Assembly (NCBI GenBank): GCA_963762145.1
Contig: CAVXJS010000014.1
Span: 1-64,000 of the forward strand
Length of the DNA: 64,000 nt
DNA from: an uncultured Candidatus Rokubacteria bacterium
GTDB taxonomy: Bacteria; Methylomirabilota; Methylomirabilia; Rokubacteriales; CSP1-6
Reading direction: 5' to 3'
Of this stretch, positions 31,659-41,780 are shown in pieces. The notes below the pieces were generated by a model. It searched no databases. It was not told where the DNA came from and worked only from the letters and a program-made list of their open reading frames with translations. Position 1 is the first letter of the stretch. Each line of letters begins with the position of its first letter. Made by a program: the position numbers and the translations under genes.

Positions 31659-31967
31659 ATGGCCCGCGTGAGGGTCCTGGCGCTGTCCGACGTGCCGCCG
31701 AACAAGGGCGTGCCCGTCAGCCTGAACGGGCACAACGTGGGTGTCTATCGTCGCGGCGAAGAGGTCCTGGCCATCGGCGACGACTGTCCGCATCAGGGCG
31801 GCAGCCTCTGCGAGGGCTGGGTCGAGGGCGAGATCGTGATCTGTCCCCTCCACGGCTGGGAGTTCGACATGCGCACCGGCGCGTGCATGACGGTGCCGGG
31901 CGAGAGCGTGCCGAGGTACACCGCCACCGTCGAGGGCGGCGCGGTCTACCTGGAGGAAGCCGAATGA
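31659..31967 (+). CDS. Rieske [2Fe-2S] ferredoxin
   Basis: CPHQGG...CPLHGWEFD. Confidence 0.9.
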   Translation: MARVRVLALSDVPPNKGVPVSLNGHNVGVYRRGEEVLAIGDDCPHQGGSLCEGWVEGEIVICPLHGWEFDMRTGACMTVPGESVPRYTATVEGGAVYLEEAE

Positions 31968-32518
31968 CCCCGCCGGACGCGGTCCCGCCGGCCGGCGCAG
32001 TCCCGCCAGCCGACGCGGTCCCCAAGGACCACAAGGCGAGCGCGCCACGATCCATCGGCTGCTTCGTCCTCACGATCTCGGACTCGAAGACGCCCGAGAC
32101 CGACACCAGCGGCGCCCTGATCCGCGAGCTGCTCACCCGGGCGGGGCACGCCGTCGCTGGCCACGCCATCGTGCGGGACGAGCCGACGCAGGTCACCGCG
32201 GTGATCCGGAAGGGCTGCGACGATCCCGCCGTCGAGGCCTTCATCCTCACCGGCGGCACCGGGGTCACCTCGCGCGATTCCACCTTCGAGGCGGTCGAGG
32301 CCCTGCTCGACAAGCGCCTCACCGGCTTCGGCGAGCTCTTCCGGATGCTCTCGTACCAGGAGGTCGGCGCCGCCGCCATGCTCTCGCGCGCCCAGGGCGG
32401 GGTCGTGCGAGGGCGGGCGCTCTTCTCGTTGCCCGGCTCGCCCAATGCCTGCCGGCTCGCGCTCGAGAAGCTGATCATTCCCGAGCTCGGTCACGTGCTC
32501 CGCGAGGTCCGACGGTAG
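31964..32518 (+). CDS. moaB: Molybdenum cofactor biosynthesis protein B
   Basis: LTISD, TGGTGVTSRD, GFGELFRMLS, SLPGS. Confidence 0.87.
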   Translation: MTPPDAVPPAGAVPPADAVPKDHKASAPRSIGCFVLTISDSKTPETDTSGALIRELLTRAGHAVAGHAIVRDEPTQVTAVIRKGCDDPAVEAFILTGGTGVTSRDSTFEAVEALLDKRLTGFGELFRMLSYQEVGAAAMLSRAQGGVVRGRALFSLPGSPNACRLALEKLIIPELGHVLREVRR

Positions 32519-32592
32519 GCGCAGCGCGGAATCCGTAAGGCGGTATAATCGAAGCCGGTCCCCGAGCACCACCCATTCCAGGAGGCGTGCAG

Positions 32593-33732
32593 ATGCGTCG
32601 TTCAGCCCTCTTCGTCGCCCTCGCAGTCTCTCTCGTGGCGCCCGCGGTGGCGGCCGCTCAGGCCCCGCCCGCGGAGCCGCTGTGGAAGGAGAGCCAGGGC
32701 GCCGTGGCGCCGCCCGACATCCTGCGCCTGAACGACTTCATGCACGCCCTCACGGAGCGCCTCAAGGCGCCGCTCGTCCAGATCCGCGTGCGCCGGGCGG
32801 CCGAGGCCCAGGAAGGGCCGGAGCAGCAGCCCAGCGGCCCGGACGAGCGCCGGAGCCAGGGCTCGGGCTTCATCATTCGCGAGGACGGCTACCTGGTCAC
32901 GAACGCGCACGTGGTGGGCGACGCCGAGCGCATCCAGGTCCGGCTGATCGACGGCCGGCGGTTCGAGGGCAAGGTGGTGGGGCTCGACGAGCGCGTGGAC
33001 CTGGCGCTGATCAAGATCGACGCGAAGGGCCTGCCGGTCGCCGCCCTCGGCGATTCCAACCGCACCCGCGTCGGCGAGTTCGTCCTGGCGCTCGGGCATC
33101 CCTTCGGGCTCGAGCAGACGGTGTCCTTCGGCATCGTGAGTCGCAAGGGCGCCCCGATCCAGGTGGCGGCCCCCGGCTTCGAGTTCATCCAGACCGACGC
33201 CGCGGTGAATCCCGGCAACTCGGGCGGGCCGCTCGTCAACATGGCGGGCGAGGTGGTGGGCGTCAACAGCATGGCGGCGGTCAACGGCACCATCGGCTTC
33301 GCCATCCCGGTGAACCTGGTGAAGGCGCTCCTGCCCCAGCTCGCCGAGAAGGGCAAGGTCGAGTGGGGGTGGCTGGGCGTCAGCATCGCCGAGGTGCCGG
33401 ACGAGGAAGCCGCCAAGTTCGGCCTGAAGGAGGCCAAGGGCGTGCTGATCCGCCAGGTCGTGGCCGGCCAGCCGGCCGACCAGGGCGGAATCCGCGCCAA
33501 CGACGTGGTCGTGTCCGTGGATGGGACGGCGGTCGAAGGGCCGCGCGATCTCCAGCGGATCATCTCGAGCACGCCCGTGGGTCAGAGCGTCAAGATCTCG
33601 CTCATGCGCGAGGGCAAGGAGACCCAGGTCGCGGTGACGGTGGGGGCCTACCAGGCCGCGCCGCGCGTCCCGCGCCGCATCGTGCCCGCCCCCGGTCCAC
33701 GCCAGCCGTCGCCGCCCCAGCCCCCTCGCTGA
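32593..33732 (+). CDS. HtrA/DegP-family serine protease with PDZ domain
   Basis: TNAHVV, IQTDAAVNPGNSGGPL, signal peptide. Confidence 0.92.
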   Translation: MRRSALFVALAVSLVAPAVAAAQAPPAEPLWKESQGAVAPPDILRLNDFMHALTERLKAPLVQIRVRRAAEAQEGPEQQPSGPDERRSQGSGFIIREDGYLVTNAHVVGDAERIQVRLIDGRRFEGKVVGLDERVDLALIKIDAKGLPVAALGDSNRTRVGEFVLALGHPFGLEQTVSFGIVSRKGAPIQVAAPGFEFIQTDAAVNPGNSGGPLVNMAGEVVGVNSMAAVNGTIGFAIPVNLVKALLPQLAEKGKVEWGWLGVSIAEVPDEEAAKFGLKEAKGVLIRQVVAGQPADQGGIRANDVVVSVDGTAVEGPRDLQRIISSTPVGQSVKISLMREGKETQVAVTVGAYQAAPRVPRRIVPAPGPRQPSPPQPPR

Positions 33733-33737
33733 GGACG

Positions 33738-35792
33738 GTGGGCCGAGCCGGACGCCTCGCCGGCAGCCTCGCGCTCGGGCTCTCGCTCGCGGCCGGCGGC
33801 CTCCACGCCGGCGCGGCCGGCGCGGCGGAGGTGCAGGCGCTCTTTCCATCGGACCGGCAGACCGTCCCCGATCCGCGGCAGTCGACCGGGCGCCGCGTCG
33901 CGCTCGCGCTGCCCGATTGCGGCACCGATGCTGCGGGCTGTGACGAGATCCGCCTCGTCAACGAGCTGGACGGCTTCAGCGTCAATCCGCGCGTGGCGAT
34001 GCGCTTCTCCGGACCGGTCGCGCTCGACAGCGTCACGAAGTCCAGCGTGTTCATCCTCCCGCTCGCGCCCGAGCCCTTCGCGTCGCCGATCGGGCTCGAC
34101 CAGCTCGTCTGGGACGGGGCGAGCCACACGCTCTACGCCCGGCCGGAGCGCGCCCTGCTTCAGGCGCGCCGCTACGCGCTGGTCCTGACCACGCGAGTCC
34201 TGGACGATGCCGGGCAGCCGGTCGCGCCGGCGCCGAACGCGCCGATCGTGGCCGAGGCCGCCTACGGGATCTCGGCCCAGGGCGTGGTCTTCCAGCGGCT
34301 CCGGGCCCTCGGCGTCACGAAGCGCGAGGTCGCCGCCGTCACCGTCTTCACCACCCAGAGCGTGACCGGGGGCCTCGAGCAGATGCGCGCGGTGCTCGAC
34401 GCGGGCCCCGCGCCCGAGTTGCGCTTCGCCCTCGGGCCGGCCGGCGCCCGCTCGGTGTACGCGCGGGTGGAGCTGGACGGCCTCGAGCTGCGCCGCCACG
34501 TCGCCGCCGATCCGGTCGCCCGGCTCGAGGAGCCGGTGAAGCTTCCGCTGATGCTGGTCCCGCCCACCGACATCCGGACGATCGCGGTCGGACGATTCAG
34601 CGCGCGGTCCTTCCTCACCGCGGACCGCATCATCCCCGCCACCGGGACCCGGGACGAGACGCCCGCCGTCCAGGGCAGCGAGGACGTGGACGTCACGATC
34701 TATCTGCCGACCGGCACGAGGCCGACCGGCGGCTGGCCGGTCGCGATCTTCGGTCACGGCTTCGGCAACGACCGCCACGTCGTGCCCATGATGGTGGCCG
34801 GCACCATGGCGCGCTTCGGCTACGCCACCGCGGCCATCAACGTGGTGGGGCACGGCGGCGGGTCCGAGGGCACGCTCACCGTGCTCCGCACCGGCCAGGA
34901 TCCGGTGACGCTGCCCGCGGGAGGGCGCGGCACGGACCAGGACGGCGACGGACGGATCGGCTCGACGGAGGGCGTGGGGACCCGCGCGGGCACGCCGCTC
35001 GCGCTCATCAGCAGCCGCGACGGGCTGCGCCAGACGACCGCGGACCTCATGCAGCTCGTCCGGGCCATCCGCCGGGGCGTGGACGTGGACGGCGACGGAC
35101 ACGTGGATCTGGATCGCGAGCGCATCGCCTACCTCGGGCAGTCTTTCGGCGGTATCTACGGGACGCTCCTGATGGCGGTGGACCCGCTGGTGCGCGTGGG
35201 CGTGCTCAACGTGGCGGGCGGGCCCATCGTGGAGATCGCGCGCCAGTCTCCGGTCTTCCGCGGGCTCGTGGCGGACCAGCTCAAGCGGCGGCAGCCCCCG
35301 CTGATGAACGGCGAGCAGGACTTCGCGGAGGCGATTCCGCTGCCGGGCGAGGCGCCGGTGCGCGAGCCGGTCGCGGGCGCGCTCGACATCCAGGCGTTCC
35401 TCGACCGCGCGGAGTGGCTCAGCCAGCCCGCGAATCCGGTCGCGTTCGCGCCCTATCTGAAGCAGGCGCCGCTGCCCGGGGTCAGCGTGAAGGCCGTGCT
35501 CTACCAGTGGGCCGTGGGCGATCGCACCGTGCCCAATCCGACGACGGCGGCCCTGCTGCGCGCGGGCGTGCTACAGCCGGTGTCCTCGCTGTACCGGCAC
35601 GACCCCGCCGGCGTCTCGGAGCGCTTCAAGAACCCGCACGGGTTCCTCGTCTGGACCGCGTTCCCCGAGGTGTACGCCATCGGGCGGGCCGCGCAGGAGC
35701 AGGTCGCACGCTTCTTCGTCTCCGGCGGCCGCCAGATCGAGCCCGTGCTGCCGCAGTTCGAGATCGGTGCCGCGCCGCCGCCGAACCCCTGA
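33738..35792 (+). CDS. Secreted alpha/beta hydrolase (extracellular lipase-like) with N-terminal Ig-like region
   Basis: Signal peptide, PVAIFGHG, nucleophile elbow YLGQSFGG, GDRTVPN, C-terminal HGFL. Confidence 0.7.
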   Translation: MGRAGRLAGSLALGLSLAAGGLHAGAAGAAEVQALFPSDRQTVPDPRQSTGRRVALALPDCGTDAAGCDEIRLVNELDGFSVNPRVAMRFSGPVALDSVTKSSVFILPLAPEPFASPIGLDQLVWDGASHTLYARPERALLQARRYALVLTTRVLDDAGQPVAPAPNAPIVAEAAYGISAQGVVFQRLRALGVTKREVAAVTVFTTQSVTGGLEQMRAVLDAGPAPELRFALGPAGARSVYARVELDGLELRRHVAADPVARLEEPVKLPLMLVPPTDIRTIAVGRFSARSFLTADRIIPATGTRDETPAVQGSEDVDVTIYLPTGTRPTGGWPVAIFGHGFGNDRHVVPMMVAGTMARFGYATAAINVVGHGGGSEGTLTVLRTGQDPVTLPAGGRGTDQDGDGRIGSTEGVGTRAGTPLALISSRDGLRQTTADLMQLVRAIRRGVDVDGDGHVDLDRERIAYLGQSFGGIYGTLLMAVDPLVRVGVLNVAGGPIVEIARQSPVFRGLVADQLKRRQPPLMNGEQDFAEAIPLPGEAPVREPVAGALDIQAFLDRAEWLSQPANPVAFAPYLKQAPLPGVSVKAVLYQWAVGDRTVPNPTTAALLRAGVLQPVSSLYRHDPAGVSERFKNPHGFLVWTAFPEVYAIGRAAQEQVARFFVSGGRQIEPVLPQFEIGAAPPPNP

Positions 35793-35846
35793 CCGTGGCG
35801 CAACCCTCGCCCCCGAAGGGGGAGAGGGCAGGGTGAGGGGGTGGGG

Positions 35847-36320
35847 CTATCCCGCCCGCAGCGCGCCCAGCACCGCCGTCACCCAGGGCTCCTCGAGCGC
35901 CGGCACCGGCGCATACGTGATCCCGCTCGTGATCCGCACGTCACCTTCCTCCGCGGTGGGCGTGTCCTCCAGGACGTCCTCGACCGCCAGGTCGAAGCGC
36001 GCCAGCTCGCCAAACCGAAGCGGCGCGCCCGTCGCCCGGCACTTGACATAGACCGTGAGCCCGGGCTCGACCACCAGCAGCGTGCCCACGCCGCGCTCCT
36101 CCAGGTTCCGCGCGCTGCGACTCTCCGCGGCGATGGCCACGCGCAGCGTCCGGGTATCCACCGCGAGCCACTCGAGGTAGCTGCACAGCATCGGGTGCAG
36201 CGTGCCGTCGGCGGCACGCGTGAGGAACGGCAGGCCACGGCCGAGCACGGCGGCCAGATCCGTCTGAGAGAAGCGCGCGACCAGCTCCGGCGGCAGCGCG
36301 GAGCCGAGCGACCGGCTCAT
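35847..36320 (-). CDS. Pyridoxamine 5'-phosphate oxidase-like (split-barrel) protein
   Basis: ESRSARNLEERG pattern and size; weak call. Confidence 0.5.
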   Translation of the reverse strand: MSRSLGSALPPELVARFSQTDLAAVLGRGLPFLTRAADGTLHPMLCSYLEWLAVDTRTLRVAIAAESRSARNLEERGVGTLLVVEPGLTVYVKCRATGAPLRFGELARFDLAVEDVLEDTPTAEEGDVRITSGITYAPVPALEEPWVTAVLGALRAG

Positions 36321-36325
36321 CGTGA

Positions 36326-37291
36326 CTAGTAGCCGCGCGCCCGGTCCACCGTCTCCCGCAGGGGCTGGCCGCCCGCGAGGAAGCGCTGCAGGTTGTCGGT
36401 GAAGAGCTCGGCCACGATGTGATCGCGTCCGGGGTGGAGCCCGCCGATGTGCGGCAGCACCATGATGCCCTCGGTGACCCAGAAAGGATGCTCGGCGGGC
36501 AGGGGTTCGGTGGTGAAGACGTCGAGCACCGCGCCCGCGATCGTCTTCGCGGTGACCGCCTCGATCAGGTCGGCGTCCACGATCAGCTCGCCCCGCCCGA
36601 AGTTGAGCAGGTACGCGCCGGGCTTCATGCGCTTGAGGCGGGCCGCGCTCATGAAGCCCCGGGTGTCCGGCGTCACCGGCAGCAGCAACAGCACGAAGTC
36701 GGAGGTGGCCAGCACGGTGTCGGTGTCGGCGGGCCCGTACACCCGCTCCACGTGGGGCATCGGCGCCGGGCGGAGTCGCGTGCCGATCACGCGCATCTCG
36801 AGGGCCTCGGCCTTGCGCGCCAGCTCCTGGCCGATCACGCCCAGGCCCAGGATGCCGAGCGTGGTGCCGGCCAGCGTGGTCGAGACGCGCCGCCGCCAGT
36901 GCCGCGCCTTCTGATCCTGCGCGATGCCCGCGTAGCCCTTGGTGAGGTGGAAGAGCGCGCCCATGATGTTCTCCGGCATCTGGACCCGGTGCGTCCCGCG
37001 CGCGCAGGTGAGCGTCAGGTCCTTCGGCAAGTCCGGCAGCGCGAGCCAGCCTTCCACGCCGGCGGTCAGCGCCTGCAGCCACCGCAGGCGCGGCATCTGC
37101 GCGAGCACGCCCGCGCCGGCCCGGAAAGCCATCATGGCCTCGCAGCGCGCGAGCAGCTCGGGCTTCGGCGTCTCGCCGAGCGGGACGTCGACGACTTCGA
37201 CGCGCTGGTCGAGTCCCGCCCGAGCGAGGCCCTGGCGGTACGGTGCGGTGTCGGGAATCCAGAGCAGCACGAGCGGACGATCGGTGGCCAT
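36326..37291 (-). CDS. D-2-hydroxyacid dehydrogenase
   Basis: GILGLGVIG, LNFGRG, LDVFTTEPLP, PHIGG. Confidence 0.92.
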   Translation of the reverse strand: MATDRPLVLLWIPDTAPYRQGLARAGLDQRVEVVDVPLGETPKPELLARCEAMMAFRAGAGVLAQMPRLRWLQALTAGVEGWLALPDLPKDLTLTCARGTHRVQMPENIMGALFHLTKGYAGIAQDQKARHWRRRVSTTLAGTTLGILGLGVIGQELARKAEALEMRVIGTRLRPAPMPHVERVYGPADTDTVLATSDFVLLLLPVTPDTRGFMSAARLKRMKPGAYLLNFGRGELIVDADLIEAVTAKTIAGAVLDVFTTEPLPAEHPFWVTEGIMVLPHIGGLHPGRDHIVAELFTDNLQRFLAGGQPLRETVDRARGY

Positions 37292-37401
37292 GTCGGGTGG
37301 GTCCTCCCCGCGGGATCGTAGCCTCCAGCCGTCGGCCCGGCAAGGCCTCCTGGTTGGCGGCGAGTTGCTCCGCGCCGGACCGTCCGGTAAGGTGCAATCT
37401 C

Positions 37402-38289
37402 ATGCGCGCGCTCGTGATCGGAGCTTCCGGACAGGTGGGCGCGGCCCTGTTGCGCGTGCTCCGCGCGCGGGGTCACGACGCGGTCGGCACGTGGGCCCAC
37501 GAGGCTTTTCCCGGCCTCGTCCCGCTCGATTTCACCGATTCCGCCGCGACCGAGCGTCTCGTCCGCGAGACTCGCCCCGACTGGGTGCTGTGTCCCGCCG
37601 CGCTGAGCCACGTGGACTACTGCGAGGAGCATCCCGCCGAGGCCTTCGCCGCGAACCTGCACGGGCCGCTCGCCGCCGCGAAGGCGGCCGCCCGCGCCGG
37701 GGCCGGCTTCGTCTACTACTCCTCCGACTACGTCTTCGACGGCGTGGACGGGCCCTATGCCGAGGACGCCCGGCCACGGCCGCTGGGCGTCTATGGACAG
37801 AGCAAGTGGGAGGGCGAGCAGGCCGTGCTGGGCGCGCTCGAGCGCGCCCTGGTGGTGCGCACCAGCGTGGTCTACGGCCCCGAGCGCCAGGAGAAGAACT
37901 CGGCCTATCAGCTCATCCGCGCCTGCCGCAGCGGCAAGGGATTCCGCCCCGCGGTGGACCAGCGCGCGAGCCCCAGCTACAACCCGGACGTGGCCGCCGC
38001 CACCGTGGAGTGCTGCGAGCGGGAGCTGCGCGGCACCTGGCACCTGGCCGGCGCCGACGTGCTGGACCGCATGGCGTACGCGCAGCTGGTCTGCCGCGTC
38101 TTCGACCTGGATGCCTCCAATCTGACGCCGGCGACCACGGCCCAGCTCGGGCAGAAGGCGGCGCGCCCGCTCAACGGCGGCCTGCGGATCGAGAAGGCGC
38201 AGGCCGAGCTCCGCACCCCGCTGCGCGGCGTCGAGGCCGGGCTCCGCGCGATGCGCGCCGCGCTCGATGCGGCGCCGGCCGGCGCCTGA
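37402..38289 (+). CDS. dTDP-4-dehydrorhamnose reductase-like SDR
   Basis: IGASGQVG, SSDYVFDG, YGQSK. Confidence 0.85.
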   Translation: MRALVIGASGQVGAALLRVLRARGHDAVGTWAHEAFPGLVPLDFTDSAATERLVRETRPDWVLCPAALSHVDYCEEHPAEAFAANLHGPLAAAKAAARAGAGFVYYSSDYVFDGVDGPYAEDARPRPLGVYGQSKWEGEQAVLGALERALVVRTSVVYGPERQEKNSAYQLIRACRSGKGFRPAVDQRASPSYNPDVAAATVECCERELRGTWHLAGADVLDRMAYAQLVCRVFDLDASNLTPATTAQLGQKAARPLNGGLRIEKAQAELRTPLRGVEAGLRAMRAALDAAPAGA

Positions 38290-38350
38290 GCGGCCGTTGA
38301 CCAGTCCCGAAACATACGGTACAGTCACAACTTGGCTGTCGTCCTGAGAC

Positions 38351-38428
38351 GGTGACCGTAGCTCAATTGGTTAGAGCACTGGACTGTGGCTCCAGGGGTT
38401 GAGGGTTCGATTCCCTTCGGTCACCCCA
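38351..38428 (+). tRNA. tRNA-His(GTG)
   Basis: G-1, anticodon loop CTGTGGC, CCA. Confidence 0.95.
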
Positions 38429-38451
38429 CTCCTGAAGTCGGCCAGGCTCGG

Positions 38452-38528
38452 GCGCCCATAGCTCAGCTGGATAGAGCGTTAGCCTCCGGAGCTAAAGGTC
38501 AGAGGTTCGAATCCTCTTGGGCGCACCA
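38452..38528 (+). tRNA. tRNA-Arg(CCG)
   Basis: Anticodon loop CTCCGGA, CCA. Confidence 0.95.
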
Positions 38529-38573
38529 TTTTTTGGTGTAGAAGTTCTGATGTAGCAGCACCCGCTACGACGC

Positions 38574-38649
<76 letters not shown>

Positions 38650-38670
38650 AACAAGACAAGGGGTTCCGGG

Positions 38671-39226
38671 TTACCGGGACCCCTTCGTCGTCTCTACAGC
38701 TGGCTCATGTGTGATCGCTTGCGTGATTTTCTGCGGGGTCAGTACGGTATCGAGGCGAGCGACGGCGGAACGCAGGTGCTCTGGCGATAGGTGGGCATAG
38801 CGCATTACCATCGCCAGGGAGCTGTGGCCGAGGAGGTCTTTCAGCTCGGGCAGGGTCGCGCCCCGCTGAATCGCCCACGAGGCGAAGGTGTGGCGGAGGT
38901 CGTGAAACCGGAAGTCCTCAGCCCGGCCGCCCTCACCGAGGCCTCCCAGTGCCCGCGGAAGGTGTACCAGCTCCGGGAGTCGAACATGAGTCGGTCACCG
39001 GGCGTTTCTCTGGCGTCCTGCGGGCCAGGATGGCGTCCGCTGGGCCGTTCAAGGGAACCTCCCGCCGGCGGCCTGACTTCGTGCGCTCGAGGAGCACCAC
39101 GCCGCGGGCGCCGTCTACCCGGTCCCAGGTCAGTCCGAGTAGCTCCCCTTGGCGCATGCCGGTGTAGAGGGCCAGCTCGGCGAGGTCCGCGAGGTTCGGG
39201 TTCTTCTGCGTCCGGCACTTCTCAAG
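38671..39226 (-). pseudogene. Tyrosine integrase catalytic-domain remnant, N-terminus lost
   Basis: ALYTGMRQGELLGL, TKSGRRREVP, FHDLRHTFASW, LGHSSLAMVMRYAHL across frameshifts. Confidence 0.88.
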
Positions 39227-39294
39227 CTCGATCACCTGATCCGCCCGCTGCAGCAGCGACGGCGGGACCTTCAGGCCAGCGTCGTCGTCTCGAA

Positions 39295-40317
39295 TCACCT
39301 GCCGGAGTCTCCGACGATCGTCTCCGCGCGGCGCACCAATTCGACTCCGATCTCGGAAGCCCACTTGTTGTAGACCGGACGGGTCTTCTGACGAAACACC
39401 TGAAGCTCTGCGGGCGAGAGCTGGACCACCTCCATCCCATAAAGCCTCTCGAGGGTCGTGGGCAGAGTCATGTCGCGATCCAGTCCTTCCCGTGCTTCCC
39501 GCTTCTGCACGGCCATAATCTCCTCTCCGGCCTTCCGAACTATGTTCCGGTCCTCAGGTGTTAAGCTCATCCACGTCTTCCCACTGACAGCCAGGATTAA
39601 GGGGTCGATTGCGTAGTGCCATAACGTGACGTGCCTCTGTATTTCCCAAAGCCTGTACGGGATGATAAGAGCGAGCGGATTCTCGTGCCCATCCACTGTG
39701 CCTTGCTGCAAGGCGGTCAGAGCTTCGCCCCAATTCATACTTACTGGGTTCGCACCGAGCGCACGGAAGACCTCCATGCAGATCGGAACACCGACCACGC
39801 GGACCCTCAAGCCTTTAAGATCTTCTGGTCGGCGAACTGAGAGCGTTGAGTTCAGCTCGCGGAAGCCGTTCTCCCCCCAAGCGATTGGCACTACGCCCTT
39901 GTGCTCGATCAGCTTGAGCAAGCGTGAACCGGGATCCCCCGCTTGCACCGCATCAAGGGCGCCGTAGTTAGGGAACATGAACGGCATGGAGAAGAGGTTT
40001 AGCTCCTTCACCTGTGGAGACCAGTTGATAGTTGAGCCGATGGCAAAGTCAGCTCCACCTTGCTGCAAAAGCCGGAACTCCGTTGTCTGTTGATCCGCGA
40101 AGAGCCGCCCGTTGAAGTGGGGCTTAACCTGGATACGTCCCCCGGTCCGACTCCTCAGGGCGTCAGCAAATCTGATGGCGGCCCGGCCCCACGCGGTGTC
40201 CTCGTTCACGACGACGGACATCTTGAACTCGGACTTGTAGCCGCTCTGCGCCTCGGCGGCGAGCGGCGCGGCGAGGAGGCTTCCCGCTACTGTCCTGAGG
40301 AAGGTGCGTCTGTGCAC
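39295..40317 (-). CDS. dctP: TRAP solute receptor DctP, second copy
   Basis: Near-identical to 13535-14557 except for the first ~11 codons. Confidence 0.9.
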   Translation of the reverse strand: MHRRTFLRTVAGSLLAAPLAAEAQSGYKSEFKMSVVVNEDTAWGRAAIRFADALRSRTGGRIQVKPHFNGRLFADQQTTEFRLLQQGGADFAIGSTINWSPQVKELNLFSMPFMFPNYGALDAVQAGDPGSRLLKLIEHKGVVPIAWGENGFRELNSTLSVRRPEDLKGLRVRVVGVPICMEVFRALGANPVSMNWGEALTALQQGTVDGHENPLALIIPYRLWEIQRHVTLWHYAIDPLILAVSGKTWMSLTPEDRNIVRKAGEEIMAVQKREAREGLDRDMTLPTTLERLYGMEVVQLSPAELQVFRQKTRPVYNKWASEIGVELVRRAETIVGDSGR

Positions 40318-40670
40318 ACGGGACCCCCGCCTGACCGCCCGTGTAGGAGGGACCGGGCGGAGGACGGCCAAGCGGAAGGAAGTTACACCGTGCTGAGGCA
40401 GTCCGCTAGGACTTCCTGTCCGCCTTCAGGCAAGTATGTTTACGCTGGTTCAGTAGGTCGGCCAAGCGGGTTTCGAGCACCAGCATGATGCCAGCGCCGA
40501 CGAGCGTAGCCCACGGCCAATGGCTGGAATGCAGCGGCCAGCCCTCCGCGATCAGGACACCATCAGCATGATCGAGACATATTGAAGCACTGGGATCATC
40601 TTGCCTTGGCGACGTGCTCGCACGGGCACGAACGGATCATCCATGACCTCCCTATCGCACGGGGTTGGGT

Positions 40671-40737
40671 GATAGAGCCCGAAGGGGCAGTCTCAAGAGG
40701 GCGGCTCATCCCCTTCGGGCGTGATCCGGGCGTGCTC
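40671..40737 (-). repeat. Intergenic hairpin element, copy E
   Basis: Reverse complement GCCCGAAGGGGATGAGCCGCCCTCTTGAGACTGCCCCTTCGGGCTCTATC. Confidence 0.8.
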
Positions 40738-40739
40738 AC

Positions 40740-41036
40740 TCAGCCTCGGATGAGATAGGCTCCGGGCGGCACGCGATATTGGAGTTCTTCGCAGGGACCG
40801 GGCGGCGGCTGATGCCCGGGTGGGCGATCAGGGAACCAGACACGACATTCCCCCGGCGGCGGATAGTGCCCACGTGGAATTCTGGGAGCGCCGGCCGCGG
40901 GATACGGCGGGGGTCCCGGTGCGCGGCCCGGCTCGTCGGCAACCACGACCGCGCACCCAGTCAGCACGACTACACTCAGGAGGAGACCGGCGACAAGTCC
41001 TGGCCCTCCCCGCGTGGTCAGTCGATGGTTAGTCAT
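40740..41036 (-). CDS. Pro-rich putative lipoprotein
   Basis: Lipobox LTGC; IPRGHYPPPGECRVWFPDRPPGHQPPP. Confidence 0.65.
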   Translation of the reverse strand: MTNHRLTTRGGPGLVAGLLLSVVVLTGCAVVVADEPGRAPGPPPYPAAGAPRIPRGHYPPPGECRVWFPDRPPGHQPPPGPCEELQYRVPPGAYLIRG

Positions 41037-41388
41037 GCCGCCCGCCATGCTTCCTACGCCAACCATGTGCGCCGGCCCACGGCGGTGGCCCGTCCTTGCC
41101 GCGGTTGTGTCTCCAGTACCTGTGCTCCCAGTCCCTGTGCTTATGGCTTCCGTATCCATGGCCTCGATAGTAGCGCGGGGCGTGGTACGAGTAGCCAGGG
41201 TGCCCATATCCGTAGATGGCATGGGGCGCATAAACCACCGGGGGACGTACCACGATGACCGGTGGCTGCGGCAGCCAAACTGATACCCCCAGCCCGAAAT
41301 CTCCCGCTCGGCCCGGTGTGGGGACAAGTAAAAAACCCATAGACACGCCCACGATGACGCTAGCAAATACCGCGGCGGCTCGTCTCAT
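41029..41388 (-). CDS. Secreted Pro/Tyr/His-rich protein
   Basis: Signal peptide, PPVIVVRPPVVYAP, GPPPWAGAHG; GGAGG RBS. Confidence 0.6.
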   Translation of the reverse strand: MRRAAAVFASVIVGVSMGFLLVPTPGRAGDFGLGVSVWLPQPPVIVVRPPVVYAPHAIYGYGHPGYSYHAPRYYRGHGYGSHKHRDWEHRYWRHNRGKDGPPPWAGAHGWRRKHGGRHD

Positions 41389-41780
41389 GCTCGCCCTCCT
41401 CGGCCGACCTGGGGCTGGACCCCGCGCGGGCCGTGGTGAAATCCATTTCGGCTTTCGACGCGGCGGGAGTAGCAAGTATTCGACAGCCACCGCCCTCCAG
41501 CTCACCGCAGCGGCGGTGCACCTGCATGAAGGCGTCGAGGGCGGCGAGTAGCTCGGGCATCGTGGAGCTACTCGATTACCTGTTCCGCCCGCTGCAGGAG
41601 CGACGGTGGGACCGTCAGGCCGAGGGCTTCAGGTTGATGACCAGTTCGAATGTCGTGGGCTGCTGGACTGGAGATCGCCGGGTTTGGGTGGGCTCCGGCG
41701 CGCGACGGCAACGAAGTTCGGCCCGTACGCGATGAGGCCTCTCGCGGGCCGACCGATGAGGACCCAGGATACGTCCGGGG

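Noticed and set aside
35804-35842. CCCTCGCCCCC..GGGGGAGAGGG.AGGGTGAGGGG palindrome (similar one at 6604-6644)
   Set aside because: Resembles a common REP-like intergenic palindrome of GC-rich bacteria; unrelated to the island repeats.
38671-39226. Classical integron integrase with attC sites
   Set aside because: The remnants look like phage-type integrases with no visible IntI-specific insertion, and I found no RYYYAAC...GTTRRRY sites at cassette ends.
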